From contig CALCQJ010000122.1 of the NCBI GenBank assembly GCA_937894845.1, forward strand, positions 2,660 to 66,659: a stretch of DNA of 64,000 nucleotides, written 5' to 3'. This document shows, piece after piece, positions 37,377-47,216 of the stretch (position 1 is the stretch's first letter; every line of letters begins with the position of its first letter). The position numbers and the translations under genes are program-made. The notes under the pieces are model-generated. The model was not told where the DNA came from. It did not search any database and was given only the letters and a program-made list of their open reading frames with translations. Source of the stretch: an uncultured Clostridia bacterium. Its GTDB lineage: Bacteria > Bacillota > Clostridia > Oscillospirales > Acutalibacteraceae.

Positions 37377-39268
37377 GCGGCTCAAAAAAACCTGCACAAC
37401 GCCGCCCCAGAGGGCCAATGGGACACGGACCTATGAGCATGGCGGGGGAGAAGCCCAAGGATTTTAAAGGAGCAATGAAAAAACTTGCGCACCATCTTGC
37501 GCGCTTTAAGTTTCGTATGCTCGGCGTCTTGGTTTTTGCAGTTACTTCTATGATATTTGCAATTGTCGGGCCAAAAATACTTGGCAGGGCAACAAATACA
37601 CTCGTCGAAGGCATAATGAGCAAAATTACAGGCACAGGAAGAGGAATTGATTTTAATAAAATAAGCAGTATTTTACTGTTTTTGCTTTTGTTATATGTTA
37701 TCAGTTCGGTACTTTCGTATTTGCAGGGTTGGATAATGACAGGCGTATCAATGAAAGTCACTTACAACCTGCGTAACGATGTGGCAGAAAAAATAAACCG
37801 TCTCCCCTTAAGTTATTTTGACAAAACAAGTCATGGCGAAGTGTTGTCAAGGATAACAAATGACATTGATACTCTGGCGCACACTCTAAACCAAAGTATT
37901 TCACAGATAATTACATCAACTACGCTAATAGTTGGAATTCTCTTAATGATGTTTTCCATAAGCTGGCTTATGACATTGGTTTCCTTAATCATTGTGCCGC
38001 TGTCTATGGGTGTTGTAATGACGCTGATAAAGCATTCACAAAAGCATTTTGCTGCCCAGCAGGAGTATCTTGGGCACCTTAACGGCCATGTTGAGGAAAT
38101 GTATGGCGGCCACCTTGTAATAAAGGCGTTCAACCGTGAAAAAGCATCTGTTGGGGCTTTTGAAACAATAAACAACAAATTATATGGCTCGGCTTGGAAA
38201 TCTCAATTTTTTGCAGGGCTGATGATGCCGATAATGCAGTTTGTTTCAAATTTGGGGTATGTAGCCGTCTGCATTCTCGGTGGCTGGCTCGCAACACAGG
38301 GGCGCATCAGCATTGGCGATATACAGGCATTTTTGCAATATGTTAGACAGTTTACACAACCGATTGGTCAGCTTGCCAATATTACTAATATTTTGCAGTC
38401 AACTGCGGCAGCATCTGAGCGTGTGTTTGAATTTTTGGCAGAAGAAGAGGAAAAGCCCGAAATGCCTCTTGTTAATGTCCGCATTGACGAATCCACGCCC
38501 GAAACCGACACGCTTGTAGATATTAAAGGAAGTGTACAGTTTGCTCATGTTCATTTCGGTTATGAATCGGGCAAGCCGATAATCCATGATTTCAGTGCCA
38601 ATATATTTCCCGGGCAGAAAATAGCAATTGTCGGTCCTACGGGTGCCGGCAAAACAACAATTGTCAAGCTTCTTATGCGGTTTTACGATGTTAATGAAGG
38701 CGCAATACTTGTGGATGGGTACGACATACGTGACTTTTCGCGATCCGAACTGCGTTCACTGTTTGGTATGGTGCTGCAGGACACATGGCTCTATAACGCA
38801 AGTATAAGGAACAATATACGCTATGGCAGGTTAGATGCCGACGATGATATGGTGATTGCTGCTGCAAAGGCCGCTCAAGTCGACCATTTTGTGCGCACAC
38901 TACCGGGCGGCTATGATTTGGTACTCAACGAGGAGGCAAGCAATATCTCTCTCGGTCAAAAACAGCTCTTAACAATAGCACGTGTTATTCTTGCCGATCC
39001 TAAAATTCTTATACTGGACGAAGCCACAAGCTCTGTTGACACACGGACCGAGGTGTTAATTCAAAAGGCGATGGACCATCTTATGGTGGGACGCACCTCA
39101 TTTATTATTGCACATCGGTTGTCGACGATACGCAACGCTGACCGTATCTTGTGCATGGACAACGGGGATATTGTGGAGCAGGGAACGCACGACGAACTCA
39201 TGGCAAATAACGGTTTTTACAAACACCTGTATGACAGTCAATTTGATAACGCTGTTCAAAGTACCTAA
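37373..39268 (+). CDS. ABC exporter half-transporter, subunit 2, with a degenerate signature motif
   Basis: ATGA start/stop overlap with subunit 1. Walker A GPTGAGKTT. Signature ISLGQKQ. Walker B ILILDEATSSVD. Confidence 0.85.
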   Translation: MSGSKKPAQRRPRGPMGHGPMSMAGEKPKDFKGAMKKLAHHLARFKFRMLGVLVFAVTSMIFAIVGPKILGRATNTLVEGIMSKITGTGRGIDFNKISSILLFLLLLYVISSVLSYLQGWIMTGVSMKVTYNLRNDVAEKINRLPLSYFDKTSHGEVLSRITNDIDTLAHTLNQSISQIITSTTLIVGILLMMFSISWLMTLVSLIIVPLSMGVVMTLIKHSQKHFAAQQEYLGHLNGHVEEMYGGHLVIKAFNREKASVGAFETINNKLYGSAWKSQFFAGLMMPIMQFVSNLGYVAVCILGGWLATQGRISIGDIQAFLQYVRQFTQPIGQLANITNILQSTAAASERVFEFLAEEEEKPEMPLVNVRIDESTPETDTLVDIKGSVQFAHVHFGYESGKPIIHDFSANIFPGQKIAIVGPTGAGKTTIVKLLMRFYDVNEGAILVDGYDIRDFSRSELRSLFGMVLQDTWLYNASIRNNIRYGRLDADDDMVIAAAKAAQVDHFVRTLPGGYDLVLNEEASNISLGQKQLLTIARVILADPKILILDEATSSVDTRTEVLIQKAMDHLMVGRTSFIIAHRLSTIRNADRILCMDNGDIVEQGTHDELMANNGFYKHLYDSQFDNAVQST

Positions 39269-39300
39269 TACTAATATTCAATTAAAAATTTATAATCTTG

Positions 39301-39326
39301 TCGGAACGCCGTCCCCGGCGTTCCGA
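39301..39326 (+). repeat. REP-like hairpin element (GGAACGCCG subfamily)
   Basis: TCGGAACGCCG-TCCC-CGGCGTTCCGA. The flanks (AAAATtTAT..CTTG and CCGATTAAATTA) resemble those of the copy at 57758-57779 read on the opposite strand. Confidence 0.7.
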
Positions 39327-39382
39327 TTAAATTACTCGATGGCAATCAAGTATGCGTCACAATGGAAACTTTCTAATTTTAA

Positions 39383-39412
39383 TTGATGAATTGATAAAAA
39401 TCATGATACAAT
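39383..39412 (+). promoter_or_regulatory. Candidate sigma-A promoter for addBA
   Basis: TTGATG, an 18-nt spacer, then an extended -10 TGaTACAAT. Confidence 0.35.
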
Positions 39413-39449
39413 ATGTAAAACAAATCTGTTAAATTGAGGGGGTGGCGGC

Positions 39450-42400
39450 ATGCTTCAGTTGATTTTGGGTCGATCGGGGACCGGTAAAACACATGAGGTA
39501 TACAGCAGGCTGTGTGACTTGGCTTGGTCCGGAAGCGACAAACTTATCTTGCTTGTACCTGAACAGTTTTCTTTTGAAAGCGAACGTGCCTTGTTGCGTC
39601 GGCTTGGGCCACGCATGGCAACCCGCGTGCGCGTGTTGAGCTTTACGCGTTTGTCCGAGCAGGTGCTTCGTGAAACCGGCGGTCTTGCCGGGCGCAGAAT
39701 GGACGATGCATCGCGTACGCTGATGATGAGCCGTGCAGTTGAGCTTGTTGCCGATGGGCTTGTTTTGTATCGCGGTGCAGCCGATGATCCGGGCGTTGTC
39801 AGCACACTGCTGCACACGGTTTTAGAGCTTAAGCAATGTGGAATTACGCCCCTTGATTTGGAAAAAACGGCTGCATCACTACGGGATGGTGCTTTGCACC
39901 GCAAACTAAGCGAAATTGCGCTGCTTTATAATACATACGAAGCGTTGGTAGCCGGCGCAACCGGATTAAATGACAGCAATGATAAGGATAGCAATATTCA
40001 TTATATTGATCCGCTTGATAATCTTGCGGCGTTAAAAAACAAGCTGCCACAAAGCGACATGGTCAGGGACGCGCATGTGTTTGTCGACTCGTTCAAAGGA
40101 TTTACAGCTCCGGAAATCGAGGTGCTGCGTGTACTTATGCGGCAGGCACGCATCGTAACCGTGACATTGTGCGCCGACAGTATCGATGAAAAATCGTCAA
40201 GTTACAGCTTGTTTTCACCTGTTGCCCATACTGCCGCACACCTGCGTGATATTGCCCGGCAAGATGGCGTTGAAGTTGCTAAGGTGCAGATTTTAAACAC
40301 TAATTTGCGTACATCAAACGATGCTTTAAAAGCTGCCGAGGCTGGGCTGTTTTCGCCGTGTCCGGACATTTATGAACAGCCAAACGATGATGTAATGATT
40401 GTTTCGTGTTGTGATATATACGAGGAATGCGACTTTGTTGCAAGGGAAATTCGCCGCCGTTTGCGCATACAAGGGGGCAGATGCCGTGATTATGCCATTG
40501 TTGCGCGCAATTTAAATGATTATCACGGCATTCTTGATGCCGCCCTGCAAAAGCAGAGTATACCCTATATATTAGATGAGCGTGCCGACATACTGACCGA
40601 ACCGCTGATAACTCTGGCTTTGTCTGCACTTGATACGGTCACCGGCGGTTTTGACACCGACGATATTCTGCGCCTTTTAAAAACAGGGCTTGCGGGGTTT
40701 TCAACAAGATCAGTTTCATTAATCGAAAATTATGTGCTTATGTGGCATATTAATGGTGCACAATGGCGCACTGAATGGACAGGCAACCCCGACGGGTTAG
40801 ATATGCGTCTTGACAGTACGGCAGCCAAACGGCTTTGGTATTTGAATTTACTGCGCCGCAGAATTATGCGGCCACTTGAAAAGCTGTACAACACGCTTTT
40901 CAGTTCGGGAGCTAACGGACATGACTTTGCTAAAGCACTGTATCAATATTTAATGGATGTGCGTGCAGACAGACTAACACGAATGCGGATATATGGGCTT
41001 GACAAAATTGGCGAGCATTCTCTTGCCGAACGCATGGAGCAAATATGGGATTTGACGATGCAGTTGCTTGATAAAATTGCAGTTATTTTTGCAAATCAGC
41101 CTTGCAAACCTAAGCAGATGACGGCATTGTTACGCATGATTGCGGGGCTTGCGGATATGGGCGCCTTGCCGCAAAGCTTGGATGCGGTGCAAGTGGGTGC
41201 GGCAGACCGCATACGCTTTTCGTCGCCTAAGACAGTATTTATTATTGGTGCAAACGAGGGTGTGTTTCCCGCCTATACAACCCATCACGGAATATTAACA
41301 GAACAAGAACGGCGCAAGTTAATTTTAAACGGGCTAAATCTGTCCGACACAGCAGAAACCATTGCATTGGAGGAACGCTTTTTTGCCTATTCCGCAGTTG
41401 CAGCACCGTTGGAAAAGTTGGTGGTGAGTTACATACTTTCTGACGCTGCCGGCGAAACTAAATCTCCATCAATTATTGTACACAAACTTCGTAACATACT
41501 GCCCCAATGCCTTTTTATTGAGAATTTAAACACGGGCGATTGGCTGCCCGAATCAGAACGCGATGCATTTGAATATGCCGCGTCTATGTGGAGACAACCG
41601 ACGGCTCGGTCAGCCGCACTCCGACAATTGTTTTCACAACACGAGCAGTATGCCCACCGTCTTTCGGCACTTGACAGCGCATCAGCCAAAAAGCCTGCAT
41701 CGTTTGTCGACAGCGAATGTGCGCGCCGTCTTTTCGGCAAAGATATAAACCTGTCGGCATCGCGGGTCGAGTCATATCACCTGTGCCGTTTTGCCTATTA
41801 TTGCAAATACGGTCTTAAAGCCGAGCCACGCCGCACCGCCGATTTAGACGCTTTAGCTTTCGGAACTCTTGCCCACTGGGTAATGGAGCACGTTGTTCCG
41901 GAATATGCAAAAATGGGCTTTGACAAGCTTGATAAAAGAGATGTATATACTGATGCAGCAGACGCTGTGCGCCAATATGCAAACGATGTAATGGGTGGAA
42001 TACAAGACAAACCGAGCCGTTTTGAAGCATTGCTTAACCGGCTTGCAAAGGTTGCGGGCGCACTGCTGTGGCAAGTTGTGTGTGAGATGCGGCAAAGCAG
42101 GTTTGTGCCCGTAGATTTCGAGTTGAATGTTGGATATCCCACCAACGAAGATGAGCCCTTTATTCCTCCCGTTGTGCTAACTCTGCCTGATGGTTGCAAG
42201 GTGCGGGTTTATGGCAAGATTGACCGTGTAGATGTTTACAAGCACAACGGTGTTTCATTTGTCAGAGTAATTGATTATAAAACCGGCGCAAGAAAGTTTC
42301 GCCTATCCGATGTTATTGAAGGCATAAATGTGCAGATGCTTTTGTACCTGTTTACTATATGGCAAAACGGCAGTGAACGATATGGCGAAGTGGCGCCGGC

Positions 42401-42878
42401 AGGCGTTCTTTATCTGCCGGCAAAGCTGCCGGTAGTGCAAGTACAGCGAGATGCTGATGAGCAAACTGTAGAGCGTGAGCAAATAAAAATGCTTAGGATG
42501 AACGGTCTATTAATTGATGATGCTGAAATTGTCGAGGCAATGGAAGCGAGTGCCGCCGGAATATTTATTCCCGCCAAAACAGATGCAAACGGCGGTTTTA
42601 AGCGCGGTTCGGACATTGCGTCCCTTGAACAGTTTGGACTTCTTAAAAAGAAGATGGAAGGTCTGCTCGTTGATATGGCAAATACACTGCGTTCGGGAGA
42701 CATTGCTGCATTGCCGGCAATGGGTCAGGTTGATGCGTGTCGCTGGTGTGAGTTTAGATCGGTTTGCGGACACGAACCCTATGATCCTGTGCGTTTCATA
42801 GCAAAAAGAGACGATGCCGATATATTAAAAGAACTTAAAAACGGAGGTCACCATGCACAAGCGAAAATGGACAGATGA
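39450..42878 (+). CDS. addB: ATP-dependent helicase/deoxyribonuclease subunit B
   Basis: N-terminal GRSGTGKT. C-terminal nuclease/Fe-S motif CRWCEFRSVCGHE. Followed by an overlapping addA. Confidence 0.9.
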   Translation: MLQLILGRSGTGKTHEVYSRLCDLAWSGSDKLILLVPEQFSFESERALLRRLGPRMATRVRVLSFTRLSEQVLRETGGLAGRRMDDASRTLMMSRAVELVADGLVLYRGAADDPGVVSTLLHTVLELKQCGITPLDLEKTAASLRDGALHRKLSEIALLYNTYEALVAGATGLNDSNDKDSNIHYIDPLDNLAALKNKLPQSDMVRDAHVFVDSFKGFTAPEIEVLRVLMRQARIVTVTLCADSIDEKSSSYSLFSPVAHTAAHLRDIARQDGVEVAKVQILNTNLRTSNDALKAAEAGLFSPCPDIYEQPNDDVMIVSCCDIYEECDFVAREIRRRLRIQGGRCRDYAIVARNLNDYHGILDAALQKQSIPYILDERADILTEPLITLALSALDTVTGGFDTDDILRLLKTGLAGFSTRSVSLIENYVLMWHINGAQWRTEWTGNPDGLDMRLDSTAAKRLWYLNLLRRRIMRPLEKLYNTLFSSGANGHDFAKALYQYLMDVRADRLTRMRIYGLDKIGEHSLAERMEQIWDLTMQLLDKIAVIFANQPCKPKQMTALLRMIAGLADMGALPQSLDAVQVGAADRIRFSSPKTVFIIGANEGVFPAYTTHHGILTEQERRKLILNGLNLSDTAETIALEERFFAYSAVAAPLEKLVVSYILSDAAGETKSPSIIVHKLRNILPQCLFIENLNTGDWLPESERDAFEYAASMWRQPTARSAALRQLFSQHEQYAHRLSALDSASAKKPASFVDSECARRLFGKDINLSASRVESYHLCRFAYYCKYGLKAEPRRTADLDALAFGTLAHWVMEHVVPEYAKMGFDKLDKRDVYTDAADAVRQYANDVMGGIQDKPSRFEALLNRLAKVAGALLWQVVCEMRQSRFVPVDFELNVGYPTNEDEPFIPPVVLTLPDGCKVRVYGKIDRVDVYKHNGVSFVRVIDYKTGARKFRLSDVIEGINVQMLLYLFTIWQNGSERYGEVAPAGVLYLPAKLPVVQVQRDADEQTVEREQIKMLRMNGLLIDDAEIVEAMEASAAGIFIPAKTDANGGFKRGSDIASLEQFGLLKKKMEGLLVDMANTLRSGDIAALPAMGQVDACRWCEFRSVCGHEPYDPVRFIAKRDDADILKELKNGGHHAQAKMDR

Positions 42879-45800
42879 GCAGCGCAAATGCATAGGGGCA
42901 CGCGGCGGCACGCTTTTGGTATCGGCTGCGGCGGGGTCGGGCAAGACCTCGGTACTTGTCCAGCGTGTGATAAACTTGATAACCGGCAATCAAGATCCCG
43001 TAGATATTGATAAATTACTTGTAGTCACTTTTACCAAAGCCGCTGCGTCAGAAATGAAACAAAGGCTTTCATCTGCTCTGTCGGATTGCATTGCGAAAAA
43101 CCCCGAAGACACACGGCTGCAGCGACAGCAAATGCTGCTTGCCAATGCAAATATAAGCACAGTAGATGCATTTTGCTCGGCTCTTTTGCGTGATCATTTC
43201 CATTTAGCGGGACTGACTCCCCAGTTTCGTGTTGTCGATGAGACCGAAGCTGCACAGCTTGCAGACGAAGCGGTAAATGAAGTAGTTGAAGAGCTTTATA
43301 GGCAGGGAGACCCTCTGTTTTGTGAGCTTGCCGCACTGCTCAGTCCCGGTAAGGACGATGAAGTATTAATAAAAACGATTTTGAGTATATATGATTTTGT
43401 GCAGTCTCATCCATTTCCCGAAAAGTGGCTTGAAGAAAAACAGGCCATGTATACTTCTAATGCCCCAATCGAACAAATGCCCTGGGGGCGTGTTGTGCTT
43501 GACCACGCACAGAATTTGATATTGAGTGCAGCATCACTTATATCGCGTGCAGTGGCGCTTGCAGGACAAGAGCCGGTGATGGCCGAAAAATACCTTGACA
43601 CTCTTGAAGATGAGCTGACTCTACTTAAAGAGGCGTCGGGACAGATTGTTAATAAATCGTGGCAAGAGGCAAGGGATATGGCAGCAGGGCTATGCAATTT
43701 TAAAACGCTGCCTCAGCTTCGCAAATACCATGACGAAACACGAAAACAGCGCGTAAAAGAATTGCGAGACAAGGCAAAAAAAGTGTTACGCGACAAACTG
43801 TCTGCACTCTTTTGCGGAAGTGTTGAACAATGTCGTGCTGATATTTCAGCCATGTCGGGAATGTCAGCAATTCTTTTTGACGCGGTGTACCGTTATGAGC
43901 AGCTCTTTTCGCAAAAAAAGAGGCAACGTGGTCTTGTGGATTTTAACGATATGGGACATTTAGCACTGAGAATATTGATTGATGAAAACGGCAAAAAAAC
44001 ACCGGTTGCAGCTAAATTGTCCGAAAGCTTTGAATATATAATGGTTGATGAATATCAAGATACCAACGCGGCTCAGGATGCGCTTTTTAGGGCATTATCC
44101 CGCGATGAAAACAACCTTTTCATGGTGGGGGATGTAAAGCAAAGCATATATGGCTTTAGACAGGCTATGCCGGAAATATTCTTAAACCGCAAAAACAGCT
44201 ACCCTGAGTTTGATGGCAGCAGCTATCCTGCAACTATAACGCTTGGAAATAATTTCAGAAGCCGACTCCAAGTTACTGATGCTGTAAATTTTGTTTTCGG
44301 CCAGCTTATGACAAAAGCCGTCGGCGGAATAAATTATGACAAGAGAGAACAACTTATAGCGTCCGCACCATACAAGCCGGCGGATGGATGCGAAACCGAG
44401 CTTTTGATTATAGATGGCGGCACTCGTGAGCCCACCGACAGTGTCGATGCCGTTGAAGCACGCTTGATAGCCGCCCGCATTAAGGATTTGGCGGGCAATT
44501 TTACGGTTGTCGAAAACGGCAAGCAACGCCCGGCGGAATATAAGGATTTTTGCATTTTGCTTCGCAGCAAAAACACCCACGCCAAGGCCTATACCGATGA
44601 GCTTACACGCCACGGCATACCTGTATGGACTGCATCGTCGGGCGGGTTCTTTTCGGCATATGAGGTATCAATTGCTGTTTCATTGCTTAGAATTATTGAT
44701 AACCCGATTCAGGATATACCGCTCTTAGCCGTGATGTTATCTCCTGTGTTCGGGTTTTCTCCCGATGATTTGGCCGAAATAAGGCTTCATACCCCCAAAG
44801 GGCGACATTTTACCGCGCTTACGCGTTATTCGAAAAGCGGCAGTCTGCAAGAGCTTAAAGACCGTGTTATATTATTTATAAATCAAATTGACAATTGGCG
44901 AATGCTTGCAGTGACAATGCCGGCTGACAGGCTGATTCATCGTATTTACGAAGATTCGGCATTGACATCGATAGCATTGTCAATGCAAGGAGGTTCCCAA
45001 AGAGTTGCAAACCTTAGACTACTTCATGATACGGCACAGCGGTTTGAGCAAAAAGGGTTTAGGGGTTTGTCGGCATTTGTGCGCATGATTGACCGTGCCG
45101 AGCGGCATGGTAAATTGTCAGCAGCCCCGGCATCAGCTGCCGGCAACGCTGTTCGTATTATGAGTATACACCAGTCTAAAGGTCTTGAATTTCCTATAGT
45201 ATTTATTGCCGGATTGGGCAGAAGGTTCAACAAAGAATCCTCAAACAACAATTTAGTTTTGCATACCGATATGGGTGTTGGCTTTAAAAGGCGTGACCCG
45301 GAGATGTTAAAGCAGTGGAATACATTGCCGCGCCAGGCAGTTTCTCTTGCCGTTTCGCGCAGCGATTATGCCGAGGAAATTCGCGTTTTGTACGTTGCTA
45401 TGACGCGTGCTAAAGAAAAGCTGTGCATGATAATGACAATGGATTCTATTGAAAAAAAGCTGGCGTCACTTGCTGCCGTGATAGGTGACGGGCAAGTGCT
45501 TTCTCCTAACGCAATACTTGATGCCGCCTGTATGGGAGATTGGATTTTGTCGGCTGCGCTGCGCCATCCGTCAGGGGATCATCTGCGCGCTCTTGCCGGT
45601 GACGATAGTTTACCGATATTTACAGCACAAACGGCATGGAATATAGATTTGCTGCGTTCACCAAAGCCTGTAAATACTAAATCCGAAGATTGTGTAATAC
45701 CACCGCCGGATGCACAGTTTCTAAATAAAATTAAAACACGAATAGAGTACAGTTATCCGTATGCTAAGGTAAGTGCTATGCCCGCAAAGCTGGCCGCGTC

Positions 45801-46434
45801 AGCTTTATCGCACAGAGAAATCCGACGCGAAGCAGCGGCACGCCTGCGCCCCGCATTTTTAAGCGAAAGAGGACTGACACCCGCCGAACGGGGGACAGCG
45901 CTACATACATTTATGCAGTTTGCTGACTATAAGGCAGCCGCTATTGACGCACATTCCGAAATAGCACGCCTTATTTCAAATGGTTTTCTCACACCATTGC
46001 AGGGAGAGTCAATTCAAATCAGAAAGTTAGAGGAATTTTTTGATTCATCATTATACGCGCGTATGATGCGTTCAAAGCAGCTTTTGCGCGAAGTTCATTT
46101 CACAATAGACATTCCTGCCTGTGAGCTTGAAAAAGAGCAAGTTCCACAGGCAGCAGACGAAATAATAGTAATACAGGGTATCGCCGACTGTGTAATAGTC
46201 GAAGAAAACGGTCTTGCCGTGGTTGATTATAAAACAGATAATGTAAAAAGCGGTGAAACGCTAATAAAAAGATACATAGAACAGCTGTCGATTTATACAC
46301 GCGCACTTGAACGCACGCTGGGCTTGCCTGTGCGTGAGTGCATATTATATTCGTTTGCCTTAAACTCGAGCATAGACGCAACAGCCGAAGTAATTAAAAA
46401 TATAAAAAACAGAAATAACAATAATCTATATTAA
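42853..46434 (+). CDS. addA: ATP-dependent helicase/nuclease subunit A
   Basis: UvrD-type motifs WTDEQRKCI...AAAGSGKT, VDEYQDTN and a C-terminal RecB-type nuclease (IQGIADCVIVE...VVDYKTD). SD GGAGG. Confidence 0.9.
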   Translation: MHKRKWTDEQRKCIGARGGTLLVSAAAGSGKTSVLVQRVINLITGNQDPVDIDKLLVVTFTKAAASEMKQRLSSALSDCIAKNPEDTRLQRQQMLLANANISTVDAFCSALLRDHFHLAGLTPQFRVVDETEAAQLADEAVNEVVEELYRQGDPLFCELAALLSPGKDDEVLIKTILSIYDFVQSHPFPEKWLEEKQAMYTSNAPIEQMPWGRVVLDHAQNLILSAASLISRAVALAGQEPVMAEKYLDTLEDELTLLKEASGQIVNKSWQEARDMAAGLCNFKTLPQLRKYHDETRKQRVKELRDKAKKVLRDKLSALFCGSVEQCRADISAMSGMSAILFDAVYRYEQLFSQKKRQRGLVDFNDMGHLALRILIDENGKKTPVAAKLSESFEYIMVDEYQDTNAAQDALFRALSRDENNLFMVGDVKQSIYGFRQAMPEIFLNRKNSYPEFDGSSYPATITLGNNFRSRLQVTDAVNFVFGQLMTKAVGGINYDKREQLIASAPYKPADGCETELLIIDGGTREPTDSVDAVEARLIAARIKDLAGNFTVVENGKQRPAEYKDFCILLRSKNTHAKAYTDELTRHGIPVWTASSGGFFSAYEVSIAVSLLRIIDNPIQDIPLLAVMLSPVFGFSPDDLAEIRLHTPKGRHFTALTRYSKSGSLQELKDRVILFINQIDNWRMLAVTMPADRLIHRIYEDSALTSIALSMQGGSQRVANLRLLHDTAQRFEQKGFRGLSAFVRMIDRAERHGKLSAAPASAAGNAVRIMSIHQSKGLEFPIVFIAGLGRRFNKESSNNNLVLHTDMGVGFKRRDPEMLKQWNTLPRQAVSLAVSRSDYAEEIRVLYVAMTRAKEKLCMIMTMDSIEKKLASLAAVIGDGQVLSPNAILDAACMGDWILSAALRHPSGDHLRALAGDDSLPIFTAQTAWNIDLLRSPKPVNTKSEDCVIPPPDAQFLNKIKTRIEYSYPYAKVSAMPAKLAASALSHREIRREAAARLRPAFLSERGLTPAERGTALHTFMQFADYKAAAIDAHSEIARLISNGFLTPLQGESIQIRKLEEFFDSSLYARMMRSKQLLREVHFTIDIPACELEKEQVPQAADEIIVIQGIADCVIVEENGLAVVDYKTDNVKSGETLIKRYIEQLSIYTRALERTLGLPVRECILYSFALNSSIDATAEVIKNIKNRNNNNLY

Positions 46435-46468
46435 TATTAGTATTTTATAAAAAAGGGAGAGAAGCATA

Positions 46469-46786
46469 ATGGAACGATACGCCTGGACGGCAAAGGTCAT
46501 CGACGGTAAATTGCCAGAGTATATTAAGCGCCATAACGAGATTTGGCCAGAGCTTGTTGATGTTTTGGAAAAGGCGGGTATAAAAAATTATACCATTTGG
46601 AATTCGGGCAATACTTTATTTGGCTATTACGAATGCGAAAAGGGCGTTGACTATGCTGCGAAAATTCAAGCGCAAAGCCCGGTAGTTGACAAGTGGAATG
46701 CCTACATGAAGGATGTCATGATTATGGAAATGGATAATGATACAGGTGCCCAGCCCTTGATGAAACAAGTTTTTCTTATGGAATAG
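46469..46786 (+). CDS. rhaM: L-rhamnose mutarotase
   Basis: 105 aa. EYIKRHNEIWPELVDVLEKAGIKNYTIW matches the RhaM family pattern. Confidence 0.8.
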   Translation: MERYAWTAKVIDGKLPEYIKRHNEIWPELVDVLEKAGIKNYTIWNSGNTLFGYYECEKGVDYAAKIQAQSPVVDKWNAYMKDVMIMEMDNDTGAQPLMKQVFLME

Positions 46787-46807
46787 CTTTATACTTATTA
46801 ACCTGGA

Positions 46808-46839
46808 AACGGTGCGATGCGATTATCGCGCCGTTTTTT
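46808..46839 (+). terminator. Intrinsic terminator after rhaM
   Basis: AACGGTGCGAT / ATCGCGCCGTT stem with one G-U pair, followed by TTTTTT. Confidence 0.7.
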
Positions 46840-46859
46840 GCCTGCACACACATTTTTTT

Positions 46860-46888
46860 ACTATTCTCAGTTTTAATCTGAGAATAGT
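46860..46888. other. Hairpin with a perfect 11-bp inverted repeat at the left edge of the low-GC insertion
   Basis: ACTATTCTCAG-ttttaat-CTGAGAATAGT. Confidence 0.6.
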
Positions 46889-46973
46889 ATTATCTTTTAT
46901 ATCATTATCACAATCAAAGATTAGTATAAATATAATAGAGCGATAGAGTAATAAGGGGCAAAGGTCGTGTTTT

Positions 46974-47216
46974 ATGAGAAGCAACCAAATAAAAGCGGTG
47001 CATCAACGCGATTTGAAAAAGCTGTTAAAATCATTAAAAGTCTACGATGCCGTAACAAACCACACCCGGAATTGTTTTTTTTGCAATGAAATAATATGTG
47101 AACGAACCATTTCGGCCGTATTCCCATATGGCGACACAGTTTGCTTTTGCTGTGAAAATCATCAGTGCAGTCGCCGTCTGCTTGACCTATCAAAGGAGGA
47201 TGATGGGGGTGGATAA
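46974..47216 (+). CDS. Small Cys-rich (zinc-ribbon-like) protein, unknown function
   Basis: 80 aa. CFFC...x19...CFCCENHQC. An SD-like AAGG lies 9 nt upstream. Its stop overlaps the start region of the next gene. Confidence 0.45.
   Translation: MRSNQIKAVHQRDLKKLLKSLKVYDAVTNHTRNCFFCNEIICERTISAVFPYGDTVCFCCENHQCSRRLLDLSKEDDGGG

Noticed and set aside
37258-37761. Shadow ORFs antisense to GC-richer genes (for example 37258-37761, 39429-39904, 41798-42199, 54840-55310, 55547-56083, 27133-27673)
   Set aside because: All lie entirely within, and opposite to, genes with clear family motifs. None has an SD. They are typical long antisense frames of coding DNA.
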